This document shows, piece by piece, positions 38,777-51,213 of a stretch of DNA of 64,000 bases. The stretch is from assembly GCA_963749075.1 (NCBI GenBank), contig CAVVLJ010000004.1:192001-256000 (forward strand). Reading direction: 5' to 3'. Each line of letters begins with the position of its first letter. Position 1 is the first letter of the stretch. Origin of the DNA: an uncultured Pseudomonadota bacterium (lineage in GTDB: Bacteria; Pseudomonadota; Alphaproteobacteria; JACZXZ01). The notes below the pieces were generated by a model. That model had not been told where the DNA came from, ran no database searches, and was given only the letters and a program-made list of their open reading frames with translations. Made by a program: the position numbers and the translations under genes.

Positions 38777-39325
38777 TCAGTTGCCGGTGCGGATCAGCTT
38801 GCCCTTGACGGTGCGCGTGCGCTCGCCCTCGTGGATGGAGACGAAGGTGAGGTCCATGGCGCCGCCCGTGAGGGTGCGCACGTAGCGCTGCATCTCGTAG
38901 CGGCCCCGGCTGTCGATGGTGAGCACATAGACGATGAGGCTGCTGCCCTCGTTGCGCGCCCAGACGTAAGGATTGCCGCTCAAGGGATCGGGCTCGTCGG
39001 CGGTGCGCCAGATGCCCTCGGCGGCACCGGGCACGAAGACGACGCGGTCCTCCTTGCGCTTGACCTTGGGCTTCGCGGGGTCGCCGCCCTCGTGGGCGAC
39101 GGTCGTCCAGCTGATGGAGAAGCCGGTGCCCTCCGGATGGATCACCATGTCGAGATCGCGCGCCGTCACGGCGAAATAGGCGCTGTCCTTGTTCTCGGCG
39201 ACGGCGCTTCCCGTATAGGTGCCGAAGAAGGCCTTGATCGGCAGTCCGCTTTGGGCCGCTGCCGGATGCGCGAACGCGATGAGAGCTGCGCCTAGAAGCC
39301 AAAGACAGGTCCGCCGGAAATGCAT
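38777..39325 (-). CDS. Secreted hypothetical beta-rich protein
   Basis: Signal peptide ending AAA/Q, genome-typical codon usage. Confidence 0.75.
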   Translation of the reverse strand: MHFRRTCLWLLGAALIAFAHPAAAQSGLPIKAFFGTYTGSAVAENKDSAYFAVTARDLDMVIHPEGTGFSISWTTVAHEGGDPAKPKVKRKEDRVVFVPGAAEGIWRTADEPDPLSGNPYVWARNEGSSLIVYVLTIDSRGRYEMQRYVRTLTGGAMDLTFVSIHEGERTRTVKGKLIRTGN

Positions 39326-39395
39326 CTGCCACCCCCCACCGTTGCGCGGCCGAGCGCAACTGATCTGTAGAGCCCGCCCTCGCGAATTTAAGCGT

Positions 39396-39495
39396 CACCC
39401 CCACCCCACCCTCCCCCTTCAAGGGGGAGGGGGAAGTTCGTGAAGTCGCTCGCAATTCCCCTCCCCCCTTGAGGGGGAGGGTAGGGAGGGGGGTG
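39396..39495. repeat. Family B element, copy 2
   Basis: Same arms as the other copies, inverted; flank extends to AGATACTAG at 39524. Confidence 0.92.
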
Positions 39496-39564
39496 CATCG
39501 TGCGCCCAACACGCCAGATACTAGCCCATCCTTCCGGCCTTCGTCAGCCGCCCCGGCAGCCCGC

Positions 39565-40431
39565 TTACGGCCACGCCGCAAGCGGGGGGAGCGACATGAG
39601 GATGGCTTCGGGGTTGCCGCCGGTCATGAGGCCGAAGCGCGTGCCGCGGTCGTAGATGAGGTTGAACTCGGCGTAGCGGCCGCGGCGCACGAGCTGGTGC
39701 GCGCGCTCGGCGGCACTCCAGGGCTCGTTCATATGGCGCCGCACGATGGCGGGATAGGCTCCGAGAAAGGCGAGGCCCACTTCCCGTGTGAAGGCGAAGC
39801 GCGCCCCCCACGGACCATCCTCGAGGTAATCGAAGAAGATGCCGCCGATGCCGCGCGGCTCGTCGCGATGCTTGAGGAAGAAATACTCGTCGCACCACGC
39901 CTTGAACCGCGCGTGGTAGCCCGCGTCGTGGGCGTCGCAGGCAGCCTTGAGGGCGGCGTGGAAGGCGGCCGTGTCTGCCGCGTCGGGCACCATCGGCGTC
40001 AGGTCGGCGCCGCCGCCGAACCATTCCTTCGCCGTCACGATGTGCCGCGTGTTCATGTGCACGGCGGGCACGCGCGGCGAGTGCATGTGGGCAACGAGCG
40101 AGATGCCGCTCGCCCAGAAGCTCCCGTCGCCGGCGGCGCCGGGAATCTCCTTGCGGAACTCGGGCGCCAAGGTGCCGAACACGGTCGAGACGTTGACGCC
40201 GACCTTCTCGAAGACGCGGCCGTGCATGAGGGCGATCTCGCCGCCGCCGCCCTCCGCGCGCTGCCAGCGCTTACGCTCGAAGCGGCCGGGCGCCAGCTCG
40301 GCAAAGGTGCCTTGAAGCGCATCCTCGAGCGCCTCGAAGGCGGCGCAGATGTCGTCGCGCAGGCGCTCGAACCAGGTCCGCGCCTCGGCCTTCCGCGCCT
40401 CGTCCGTGCTCCCGCGTCCGCCGGCGCTCAC
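39565..40431 (-). CDS. hemF: Oxygen-dependent coproporphyrinogen III oxidase
   Basis: [46 protein letters not shown]. Confidence 0.96.
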   Translation of the reverse strand: MSAGGRGSTDEARKAEARTWFERLRDDICAAFEALEDALQGTFAELAPGRFERKRWQRAEGGGGEIALMHGRVFEKVGVNVSTVFGTLAPEFRKEIPGAAGDGSFWASGISLVAHMHSPRVPAVHMNTRHIVTAKEWFGGGADLTPMVPDAADTAAFHAALKAACDAHDAGYHARFKAWCDEYFFLKHRDEPRGIGGIFFDYLEDGPWGARFAFTREVGLAFLGAYPAIVRRHMNEPWSAAERAHQLVRRGRYAEFNLIYDRGTRFGLMTGGNPEAILMSLPPLAAWP

Positions 40432-40928
40432 CCGCCTCTCCCCGGAAAGAGGCCCGTCTGCCGCAGGGCCTCGCCCAGCACCATGGCAGCGGCGAGCGCT
40501 ACGTTCAAGGAGCGCCGCCCGGGGACAAGCGGGATCCTGAGGCGCGCCGAGGCACTCGCGTGCACGGCCGCCGGGACGCCCGCCGACTCGCGCCCGACCA
40601 TGAGGAGGTCGTCCGGCCGGAACGCGAAATCGACATAGGAGGTCTCGCCGCCGGTGGTGAGAAGGACGAGGCGTGCGGCGGGCAGCGCCGCGCGCCGCCA
40701 GCTCTCGAAGGCCGCATGGGAGCCGTGGCGAAAGAGGCTCACATGGGCGAGGTAATCCATGCCGGCGCGCCGCAGGTGGCGGTCGGAGAAGAGGAAGCCG
40801 CAGGGCTCGATCACGTCGACCGGCACCTCGAGGCAGGCGGCGAGGCGCATCATGGCGCCCGCGTTTTGCGGAATGTCGGGCTCGTAGAGGACAAGGCGCA
40901 AAGGACCGCTCGCGTAACCCTCGACCAT
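40428..40928 (-). CDS. trmL: tRNA (cytidine/uridine-34-2'-O)-methyltransferase
   Basis: [31 protein letters not shown]. Confidence 0.93.
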   Translation of the reverse strand: MVEGYASGPLRLVLYEPDIPQNAGAMMRLAACLEVPVDVIEPCGFLFSDRHLRRAGMDYLAHVSLFRHGSHAAFESWRRAALPAARLVLLTTGGETSYVDFAFRPDDLLMVGRESAGVPAAVHASASARLRIPLVPGRRSLNVALAAAMVLGEALRQTGLFPGRGG

Positions 40929-41028
40929 GCGACGTTATCCGCCTTTCGGCGCTTTGCAAGGGCGCGGAATTGCACTATACCCGAGCGCGCAAATCTGGGG
41001 CGTCGGGGGGCCTCGCGGCGCGCAAGTC

Positions 41029-41071
41029 GCGGCAGGTGCGGCAGGTGCGGCAGGTTGTCGCATTGTGTCGC
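41029..41071 (+). promoter_or_regulatory. RegA/RegR(PrrA)-type box within a 9-bp tandem repeat upstream of petA
   Basis: GCGGC-AGGTT-GTCGC at 41047-41061 matches the RegR box GCGGC-N5-GTCGC; GCGGCAGGT x3 at 41029-41055. Confidence 0.6.
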
Positions 41072-41144
41072 CGCGGTCTCCCTTTAGAACCATTCGCGCT
41101 GAACGGGGCGGGTTCCCGGCTCCGCCATCGGAGAAGGGGTGGGC

Positions 41145-41702
41145 ATGGCGACAAGCGCTGAGGCGAGCGCGCACGGCGGTGCGGGCGGTGCGGTGGCGCG
41201 CCGCGATTTCCTCTATCTCGCGGCCGGTGCGATGGGCGCCGCCGGTGCAGCACTCGCCGCCTGGCCCTTCATCCAGAGCATGAACCCCGCGGCCGACGTG
41301 CTGGCGCTCTCCTCGATCGAGGTCGACCTGGCGCCCGTCAAGGTGGGACAGCGCATCACCGTCAAGTGGCGCAGCCAGCCGGTCTTCGTGGCGCACCGCA
41401 CCGCGGAGGAGATCGCCGACGCGGCCAAGGTCGATCTCGGCGAACTGCGCGATCCCCAGGCGGACCAGGCGCGCGTCAAGAAGAGCGAGTGGCTCATCAT
41501 GGTCGGCATCTGCACGCACCTCGGCTGCGTGCCCCTCGGCCAGAAGCCCGGCGATCCGCGCGGCGACTGGCACGGCTGGTTCTGTCCCTGCCACGGCTCG
41601 CAATACGACACCTCGGGCCGCATCAGGAAGGGTCCGGCGCCGGCCAACCTCGCGATCCCCGAATACGCATTTCTCAGCGATACGAACATCCGGATCGGCT
41701 AG
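41145..41702 (+). CDS. petA: Ubiquinol-cytochrome c reductase Rieske Fe-S subunit
   Basis: Tat RRDFL, CTHLGC, CPCHGS. Confidence 0.97.
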   Translation: MATSAEASAHGGAGGAVARRDFLYLAAGAMGAAGAALAAWPFIQSMNPAADVLALSSIEVDLAPVKVGQRITVKWRSQPVFVAHRTAEEIADAAKVDLGELRDPQADQARVKKSEWLIMVGICTHLGCVPLGQKPGDPRGDWHGWFCPCHGSQYDTSGRIRKGPAPANLAIPEYAFLSDTNIRIG

Positions 41703-41714
41703 GGGAGCTGAAGC

Positions 41715-42965
41715 ATGAGCGCGCCCGCCTCGAACAGCCCGGTCGTCAAGTGGATCGACGACCGCCTGCCGATCTTCTCGCTGATGGAGCACGCGACGAC
41801 CGGCTACCCCACGCCGAAGAACCTGAACTACTGGTGGAACTTCGGCGCGCTCGCCGGCTTCGTGCTCATCGTCATGATCGCGACGGGGGTGCTGCTGGCG
41901 ATGCAGTACCAGCCCAACGCCGCCCTCGCCTTCGACAGCGTCGAGCGCATCATGCGCGACGTGAACTACGGCTGGCTGTTGCGCTACCTTCATATGAACG
42001 GCGGCTCGATGTTCTTCATCGTGGTCTATATCCACATCTTCCGCGGCCTCTACTACGGCTCCTACAAGCGGCCGCGCGAGCTCCTGTGGTGGCTCGGCAT
42101 CGTCATCCTCCTCCTCATGATGGCGACCGCCTTCATGGGCTACGTGCTGCCGTGGGGCCAGATGAGCTTCTGGGGTGCTACGGTGATCACCAATCTCTTC
42201 TCGGCGGTGCCCTGGGCCGGCAAATTCATCGTGCACTGGCTATGGGGAGGCTTCGCGGTCGACAACGCCACGCTCAACCGCTTCTTCTCGCTGCACTACC
42301 TCTTGCCTTTCGCGATCCTCGGCGTGGTGGTGCTCCACCTCTGGGCGCTGCACACCACGAAGTCGAGCAATCCGCTCGGCATCGACGTGAAGGGGCCGCA
42401 GGACACCATCCCCTTCCATCCCTACTACACGGTGAAGGACAACTTCGGCATCGGCGTCTTCCTCATCGTCTATCTCGGCTTCGTCTTCTTCGCGCCGAAC
42501 TTCTTCGGCGAGCCGGACAACTACATCCCGGCCAACCCGCTGCAGACGCCGCTGCACATCGTGCCCGAATGGTACTTCCTGCCCTATTACGCGATCCTGC
42601 GCTCGATCCCCGACAAGCTCACCGGCGTGGTCGCGATGTTCTCGTCGATCTTCCTCCTCTTCGCGCTACCCTGGCTCGACTTCTCGCGCGTGCGCAGCGC
42701 CCGCTTCCGGCCGCTCTACAAGAAGGTCTTCTGGCTTCTCGTTCTCGACGTCCTCATGCTCGGCTGGGTCGGCGCCAATCCGCCCGAGGGCTTCTTCCTG
42801 GTGATCGGCCGCATCGGCACCGCCTACTATTTCCTGCACTGGCTGGTGATCGTGCCGCTGATCTCGCTCTTCGAGCGGCCGAGGCCGCTCCCGGTCAGCA
42901 TCAGCCAGCCGGTGCTCGGCGGCGGGATGGCGGCTGCCTTGGCCAAGCCGATGGAGAAGGCGTGA
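41715..42965 (+). CDS. petB: Cytochrome b
   Basis: [31 protein letters not shown]. Confidence 0.98.
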   Translation: MSAPASNSPVVKWIDDRLPIFSLMEHATTGYPTPKNLNYWWNFGALAGFVLIVMIATGVLLAMQYQPNAALAFDSVERIMRDVNYGWLLRYLHMNGGSMFFIVVYIHIFRGLYYGSYKRPRELLWWLGIVILLLMMATAFMGYVLPWGQMSFWGATVITNLFSAVPWAGKFIVHWLWGGFAVDNATLNRFFSLHYLLPFAILGVVVLHLWALHTTKSSNPLGIDVKGPQDTIPFHPYYTVKDNFGIGVFLIVYLGFVFFAPNFFGEPDNYIPANPLQTPLHIVPEWYFLPYYAILRSIPDKLTGVVAMFSSIFLLFALPWLDFSRVRSARFRPLYKKVFWLLVLDVLMLGWVGANPPEGFFLVIGRIGTAYYFLHWLVIVPLISLFERPRPLPVSISQPVLGGGMAAALAKPMEKA

Positions 42966-43725
42966 TGGGCAAGCCTCTTCTGGCCGCGGCGGCGGCTTTC
43001 GCGGTTTCGCTCAGCCTCGCCGCCGAGGCGGCCGACGAGGACATCAAGATCCGCGCCAGGACTGGTCGTTCTACGGCATCTTCGGCACCTTCGACCGGGC
43101 GGCCGAGCAGCGCGGCTTCCAGGTCTACAAGGACGTCTGCTCCAACTGCCACTCGCTCAACCTCCTCGCCTACCGCGATCTCGAGGAGATCGGCCTCACC
43201 CCCGACCAGGTGACGGCCGTGGCGGCGAGCGTGCAGGTGGAGGACGGTCCCAACGACCAGGGCCAGATGTTCCAGCGCCCCGGCAAGCCGTCGGACCGCT
43301 TCAAGGCGCCCTTCGCCAACGAGCAGGCCGCGCGCTTCGCCAACAACGGGGCGCTGCCGCCCGATCTCTCCCTCATCGTGAAAGCGCGCGAGGGCGGACC
43401 GGACTACGTCTATGCCATCCTGACCGGCTTCACGGCACCTCCCGCGGGCTTCACGATGAACCAGGGCATGAACTACGACCTGGCCTTCGCCGGGCATCAG
43501 ATCGCCATGCCGCCGCCCCTGAGCGAGGGCGTCGTGACCTACACGGACGGCACCAAGGCGACGGTGCCGCAGATGGCGCACGACGTGGTCACCTTCCTCT
43601 CCTGGGCCGCCAACCCCGAGCTCGAGGCGCGCCACCGGATCGGCGTCAAGACCATGATCTTCCTCGTCGTGCTGACCGGTCTCCTCTACGCGGTCAAGCG
43701 CAAGGTGTGGGCCGACGTGCACTGA
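42965..43725 (+). CDS. petC: Cytochrome c1 with one frameshift near 43050
   Basis: Signal peptide in one frame; WSFYGIFGTFD, CSNCH, PPDLS, IAMPPP in the next; one missing C in ATCC(C)GCGCCAG restores IPRQDW. Confidence 0.95.
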
Positions 43726-43813
43726 GGCCGCGGGCTCTTCCGCGGGAGCTCTTGGTTGCCTGACCGGACCGATGAGCTCGTGCTAGAGTATCTCGATTTG
43801 TGGGCGCGCGATG

Positions 43814-43917
43814 CACCCCCCACCCTACCCTCCCCCTCAAGGGGGGAGGGGAGCTGTGCGAGGATCCGATTAATCACTTCCCCCTCCCCCTTCAAGGGGG
43901 AGGGTGGGGTGGGGGTG
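43814..43917. repeat. Family B element, copy 3
   Basis: Same arms; left flank CTAGAGTATCTCGAT at 43783. Confidence 0.92.
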
Positions 43918-43955
43918 ACGCTCGCTGCAAGGATCTTGAGTGCCAAGGAGGCTTC

Positions 43956-44855
<900 letters not shown>

Positions 44856-44863
44856 CGCAGGCG

Positions 44864-45715
44864 ATGATCCCGGGGATCGACGGCATCGATCATGTCATCG
44901 TCGGCGTGCGCGCGCTCGAGGAGGCGCGCGAGCGCTACGCGCGGCTCGGCTTCGCCTTGACCCCGCGCGGCAGCCACATCGGCTGGGGCACCGCCAACTA
45001 CTGCATCATGTTCCGCGACGACTACATCGAGCTCCTCGGCATCGCCGACGCGAGCCAGTTCACCAACAACCTCGACAAGTTCCTCGCCAAGCGCGAGGGC
45101 CTGATGGCGCTTGCCTTCGCCTCCCGCGACGCCGCACTCGCCGCCGAGCACTTACGCGCGCGCGGCGTAGCGGCCGAGGGCCCGTCGGCGCTCGAGCGCC
45201 GCCTCGAGCTGCCCGAGGGCACGGTGCTGCCGCGCTTTCGGCTCGTGCGCTTTCCCGAGGCGGCCGCACCCGGGCTCGCCGCCTTCGTCTGCCAGCATTT
45301 GACGCCGGAGCTGGTGCGCCGGCCCGCCTGGCTGGCGCACCCCAACGGCGCCTCCCGCATCATCTCGCTCACCGTGGTGGTCGAGCATCCGGCGGCCCTT
45401 GCCGAGGCCTACGAGAAGCTGCTCGGCCATGGCGCCGTGACGCCGACCGACCGGCTCATCACCGTGCGCGTCGGCCGCCACGCCATCCTCTTCGTCGATC
45501 CCGACGAGCTCACCGTACTGCATCCCAAGGCCGAGGCGCTCGCCGGCACAGAAGCGCCCTATCTCGCAGCCATGACCGTGGGCGTGGCCTCGCCCGAGGC
45601 GACGGCCGGGCTCCTCGCCGCGCATGCCGTCCCCCACGAGCGCGAGGCGGACGGCGCCCTCGTGGTGCCCCCCTCGGCCGCCGCGGGGCTGTGGCTCATC
45701 TTCGAGAAGGGATGA
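44864..45715 (+). CDS. VOC (glyoxalase_3) family protein
   Basis: IDHVIV, GTAN...YIELL, HPNGA. Confidence 0.88.
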   Translation: MIPGIDGIDHVIVGVRALEEARERYARLGFALTPRGSHIGWGTANYCIMFRDDYIELLGIADASQFTNNLDKFLAKREGLMALAFASRDAALAAEHLRARGVAAEGPSALERRLELPEGTVLPRFRLVRFPEAAAPGLAAFVCQHLTPELVRRPAWLAHPNGASRIISLTVVVEHPAALAEAYEKLLGHGAVTPTDRLITVRVGRHAILFVDPDELTVLHPKAEALAGTEAPYLAAMTVGVASPEATAGLLAAHAVPHEREADGALVVPPSAAAGLWLIFEKG

Positions 45716-45753
45716 ACGGCCGCCCGCTGCAGAGGGTGGAGGGGAGAAACGCC

Positions 45754-46898
45754 ATGCCTATCCGGCAGCTCGAGCACGCGAGCATGCTTAAGGCGCTGAT
45801 ATTCGTCGTCGCGGCGACAGCTTGCGTCGCGCCGCGGCTTGCGCTGGCCGCGGACGTGGCGATTTTCACGACGGGTGCGCCAAGCCCGGCAACGGTGAGG
45901 ATCGCCGTCACCCAACGGGTGACGTGGCGGAACTTGGGCTCGTCGCCGCGCGCCGTCACGGCCGAGAAAGAAGGCTTCCCCGGCTTCGCGCTCGAGCCCG
46001 AGGCGAGCCACAGCCAGCAGTTCCTCAAAGTGGGCCGCTACCCCTACCAGGTCGACGGCAAGTTCGACGGCGTGGTCGAGGTGACGGCGGCCGGGCCTCC
46101 GTCGGGAGCGGGCGTTTCGCCCAAGGCGGAAAGGGATTGCAGCTTCGCCGTCCTGCACTACGACGTTCCTGGTTTACGGCTATCGCCGCTACCAGATCAC
46201 CTTCAGCGCCGGGTTCGTTCCCGGCCCCGGCGTGGTGACGAGAACCGCCGAATGGACGGCGGGCTGGCCGGAACGTCATGCTCGGCGTGGAGCTCTGCCA
46301 CGCGAAAGGGCTCCCGAGCCTCACGATCGCTCTGGTGACGCCGGGGTCCTTGAATGTCCACCACCCCGTCAGGGTGCCCGGCGAGCTTCAGGGCACCTGG
46401 GACTATTCCGATACGCAGCCCATCAACGAGCATGAGAACCCGCCATGCCAGTTCCAGATGGGCCTGACGCTGCGGGTTTCGGCGAGCTTGTACGGTTTTA
46501 GCTATCCGCAGCCCGGCGGGGCAAGCCTCGGCTTCGACGGCCGCGGGTGGGGCGGAGAGGATCCGTCGGGAAAACACATCGCACCGGTTTTCGCGGAAGA
46601 GTGCAAGAAGCGAAACATGCGGGGCGGGGGCATCGGCGAGTCACGCGGCAACGGCACGCCGCTCGCGCAGGTCAACGGCATCGATTTCACTATCCACGAT
46701 TACATGCTGGGCCTCTCCCTCGTGAAGGGTGCGCCTATGGCGTTCCCGCTCGAGGCGCTGGCGGCAGGGAGCGGGTTCAATGTGGACAGCGGCATCCAGG
46801 CGATCCATCTCTCCTCATCGCACGCCAGAGACGGCCGGGTGATCGAAGAGGATGATGTGAGGGACCGCGTCGTCGTGAGTTTTTCGCCGCGGCAATAG
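45754..46898 (+). CDS. Secreted protein with cupredoxin-like N-domain; probably one gene with two frameshifts
   Basis: Signal peptide, VTWRN...GRYPY...GVVEV pattern; fragments overlap near 46167 and 46270. Confidence 0.5.
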
Positions 46899-46911
46899 CG
46901 CGCCTCGCCTG

Positions 46912-47337
46912 CTACGCGAGCTCGATGACGCCGTCTTCGCCGATGCGCACGAGCGCATCCTGCGGCAGCATGGCCTGCTCGGACGCCGCGAGCTCGAGCA
47001 CCGGGATCGTCGGATAGCCCATCTCGCGCCCGACCACGACGCCAAGTGCCAAGATCGCATCGCTCTCACCGAGGATGAGGGCGGCGGGTGCCAGGCCCGC
47101 GCGCAGGAGCTCGAGCATCACGGCACTCGCCGAGCTCGAGCCGATCATGCCGGGAAGGCAGAGCACGCGACCGCCGATGGAGGCGCCGCGATCCGGATGG
47201 CGCACGTCGATGACAAGGCCGCTTTGCGGATCGATGCCGCCCCAGAAGCTGATCGGCGCGGCCAGGCGCAGGATGCGCCCCTCGGCCGTCCCGGCGAGCG
47301 CCACCTTGGCCTGGAGCCTGCGCGCAGCTATTGCCAC
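46912..47337 (-). CDS. Aconitase X small (swivel) subunit, DUF126
   Basis: ISFWGGIDP, HPDRG, GSSSAS, APAALIL. Confidence 0.9.
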   Translation of the reverse strand: MAIAARRLQAKVALAGTAEGRILRLAAPISFWGGIDPQSGLVIDVRHPDRGASIGGRVLCLPGMIGSSSASAVMLELLRAGLAPAALILGESDAILALGVVVGREMGYPTIPVLELAASEQAMLPQDALVRIGEDGVIELA

Positions 47338-48587
47338 AGCCGCTCGTCGCGCTCGAGCCGGCCGCTCGCCGCCGTGGCGACGCAGTCGGCGAGGCTGCCG
47401 TAGACCACCTGCCAGCCCGTGTTGCCCGGCGCGTAATGGGCGAACTTGCCGGAGTTGGTCATCAGCACGCCGCCGCCCTCAGGCAGGATCGGCGTGACGA
47501 CGACGCAGGTGTCGGCGACGGCGATGACGCCGGCGTCCTCGAGCGCCTTGAGCCGGCCGTGTGCCGCGAGTTCCGCCAAGACCCCGCGTCCGGCGCAGAC
47601 ATAGACGGGGATGGCGAAGCGCCGTCCCTTGGCGAGCCGCTCGAGCTCGGCGAACTCATGGTGCGAGAAATGCGGGCTGCCGAGCGCCACCGCATCGATG
47701 CGCTCGGCCGCCGTGGTCGAGAGGCCGTCGCGCGCGCGCCGCACCATCTCGGGTGTCACGCGTATCGTGCGCTCGGGGGCCTGGCCGCCCAAGGCCGCGG
47801 CGAGGGTCGGCGCCTCGGGCGTGGTGCCGGCCACGTGGAAGAGGCCGACGGCACCTGTCGAGGCCGCGGCGGCACCGAGCGCCTTGAGCCGGTCCTCCGA
47901 GACGCCCGCGGGCAGGCCCTCGATCACGGCGACGGCGCTCCCCACCTCGCGGCCGAGGAGCGAGCCGAGCACGGGATAGAAGGCATCGGTCGCCTTGAGC
48001 TCGGGGGAAAGCGCCGCTGTATCGAGCACCACGCGGGCGCGGCGGTTCTCCGTTAGGTGCAGCCCGGCATAGGGCACGCGGCCTGAGATCGCCGCGGCGA
48101 TGTCGAGGAAATCGCCGTAGCGGTTGGTGCGCGCGCCGAGCACCGAGTTGGCGAAGGCGACGGCGTTGCTCTCGCCCCAGGCCACCTGCTCGCCGAGGCC
48201 TGGGCGGTGGCCGGCCTGGTAGGGCGCACAGGTCCAGCTGGGGCGGCAGCCGAGTGATTCGTAGGCGCGCATCATGCGGAGCGCCATCTCGTAGCGGTGC
48301 TGGCCGGCGCGCACGCGCTTGGGGTGGATGAGGTCGAGGGCGCCCACGTTGAGCGTGGCAGGCACGCGCACGCGGCCGCCGCCGGCCACCAGCCTCTCGG
48401 CGAACTCGGTGCCGCTGTCGCCGTGATAAAGGCAGCCGTCGATGTGGGCCGAGGTGACCGGGATGAGGTGCGGTGCGCCTAAGATGCGCGCGGTCTCGGC
48501 TAAGATGCGCGTCGCCATGGCAAGCGCCGGAGGCACGCCCTCGCCCGCGGCGCAGCGCCGCTCCTCCTCGCTGAGGGCGAGCGTCAG
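47328..48587 (-). CDS. Aconitase X large subunit, DUF521
   Basis: AHIDGCLY, TCAPY, WGESNAV.FANSVLGART, GSPH, DTC, TNSGKFAHY; start uncertain. Confidence 0.9.
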   Translation of the reverse strand: MTLALSEEERRCAAGEGVPPALAMATRILAETARILGAPHLIPVTSAHIDGCLYHGDSGTEFAERLVAGGGRVRVPATLNVGALDLIHPKRVRAGQHRYEMALRMMRAYESLGCRPSWTCAPYQAGHRPGLGEQVAWGESNAVAFANSVLGARTNRYGDFLDIAAAISGRVPYAGLHLTENRRARVVLDTAALSPELKATDAFYPVLGSLLGREVGSAVAVIEGLPAGVSEDRLKALGAAAASTGAVGLFHVAGTTPEAPTLAAALGGQAPERTIRVTPEMVRRARDGLSTTAAERIDAVALGSPHFSHHEFAELERLAKGRRFAIPVYVCAGRGVLAELAAHGRLKALEDAGVIAVADTCVVVTPILPEGGGVLMTNSGKFAHYAPGNTGWQVVYGSLADCVATAASGRLERDERLWQ

Positions 48588-49195
48588 TAGAGGTTCTCCC
48601 GGTAGCGCGCGACCATCTGGACTTGCGATTCCGCGGGCTCGGCGAGGCCGATCTGCTCCTTGAGCATCTCGCCCATGCTGGGCAGGCTGGCGCGCTGAAC
48701 TTGCGCCTCCACGTCCCACAGGCGCGCCCGCATGAGCGCCTTGCCGCAATGGAGGAAGGCCTCGCGCACATGGACGAGGACGACCACGGCCGGGCGCCGC
48801 TCGCCGATCGCGAAGCTGTCGCAGAGCGCCTCGTCGTCGCGGATCTCGGCGCTGCCGTTCACGCGCAGCATCTCGTCCACGCCGGGGACGAGGAAGAGGA
48901 GGCCGACCTCGGGGCTCGCCAGGATGTTGGCGAGGGAATCGATGCGGTTGTTGCCGGGCCGGTCGGGGATGGCGAGCGTGCGCTCGTCGAGCACGCGCAC
49001 GAAGCCGGCAGCACCGCCGCGCGGCGAGACGTTGCCGCCGTGCTCGGGGCTCTGGGAGGAGAGCACGAGGAAGGGCGAGAGCTCGACGAAGCGGCGGCAG
49101 TGGCGGTCGAGGCGGTCCAGTTGCTTGAGCCGCGCGCGCTCCGAGGGCGCCTTGTAAAGCTTGCGCAGCGCCGCGAGGGAAGCGATGCGGGCCAT
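48584..49195 (-). CDS. Pyridoxamine 5'-phosphate oxidase-like FMN-binding protein (MSMEG_1061 type)
   Basis: VSPRGG, PDRPGNNRIDSL.N, LRVNG, HCGKALMRARLW. Confidence 0.9.
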   Translation of the reverse strand: MARIASLAALRKLYKAPSERARLKQLDRLDRHCRRFVELSPFLVLSSQSPEHGGNVSPRGGAAGFVRVLDERTLAIPDRPGNNRIDSLANILASPEVGLLFLVPGVDEMLRVNGSAEIRDDEALCDSFAIGERRPAVVVLVHVREAFLHCGKALMRARLWDVEAQVQRASLPSMGEMLKEQIGLAEPAESQVQMVARYRENLY

Positions 49196-49208
49196 GGCGT
49201 CCGCCGCC

Positions 49209-49880
49209 TCAGCCGAGGTGCTTGGCGAAGAACTCGAGCGTGCGCTCGAGCGCCAGCTCGTGGCTCGCCTTGTTGAAGCTGCCGCGGTGGTCGCAGCTGA
49301 AGCCGTGGCCGGCGCCGGGATAGACGTAGACGGGCACGCCCGGCTGGGCTGCCTTGATCTTCTCCACGTCGGCGAGCGGGATCGAGGCGTCGGTCTCGCC
49401 GAAATGCAGCAGCACCGGGACCTTGGGCTTCTCGTCCTTGAACTCGGCGATCTGGCCGCCGTAATAGCCGACCGCGGCGGAAAGCCCGGAGAGCTGGGTT
49501 GCCGCGCGCCAGGCGACCGAGCCGCCCCAGCAATAGCCGACGATGCCGACCTTGCCGGCATCCGATATAGCCGGAATGGCCGCGGCCACGTCCTTGAGCG
49601 CCTCGGGCCAGGCGATCTTGCCGCGGAGCGCTCTGCCCGCCTCGATGTCGGCTGGCTGGTAGCCGAGCTCGACGCCGCGCTCGGTACGGTCGAAGAGCGC
49701 CGGCGCCAGCGCCGCATAGCCCGCCTTGGCGAAGCCGTCGCACACCTCGCGGATGTGGCTGTTCACGCCGAAGATCTCCTGGATGACGACGATGCCGCCC
49801 TTGGGCTTGCTGCCTGGGTCGGCGCGGTAGGCGGACAATTTGTGGCCGTCGCTTGCGCTGAGCGTCAACGTCTTGCCCAT
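49209..49880 (-). CDS. Dienelactone hydrolase family protein
   Basis: QEIFGVN, GYCWGG, AGHGF. Confidence 0.94.
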   Translation of the reverse strand: MGKTLTLSASDGHKLSAYRADPGSKPKGGIVVIQEIFGVNSHIREVCDGFAKAGYAALAPALFDRTERGVELGYQPADIEAGRALRGKIAWPEALKDVAAAIPAISDAGKVGIVGYCWGGSVAWRAATQLSGLSAAVGYYGGQIAEFKDEKPKVPVLLHFGETDASIPLADVEKIKAAQPGVPVYVYPGAGHGFSCDHRGSFNKASHELALERTLEFFAKHLG

Positions 49881-49995
49881 GGCGTTCCTCTCTCTCTGGC
49901 GATTCCTCGCCCCGTGACCGGGCGCATCTTAACGCCTTCGGCAGCGGGGGGAAGGGCGCAAAATCGGGGCGCTATTCTCGGGCGGGCGGATGTTG

Positions 49996-50095
49996 ACCCC
50001 CCACCCCAACCCTCCCCCTCAAGGGGGAAGGGGGCTTTATGCGCTCGTGCCGAAATCTCCCCTCCCCCGTTGAGGGGGAGGGCAGGGAGGGGGGT
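49996..50095. repeat. Family B element, copy 4
   Basis: Same arms; lies just downstream of the ychF stop. Confidence 0.9.
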
Positions 50096-50109
50096 TGAGC
50101 GGGTGGCCC

Positions 50110-51213
<1,104 letters not shown>

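Noticed and set aside
42965-43725. petC (and MoxR, porin, MFS) as pseudogenes or programmed frameshifts
   Set aside because: Single indels with otherwise intact motifs and no slippery heptamers; sequencing error is more parsimonious
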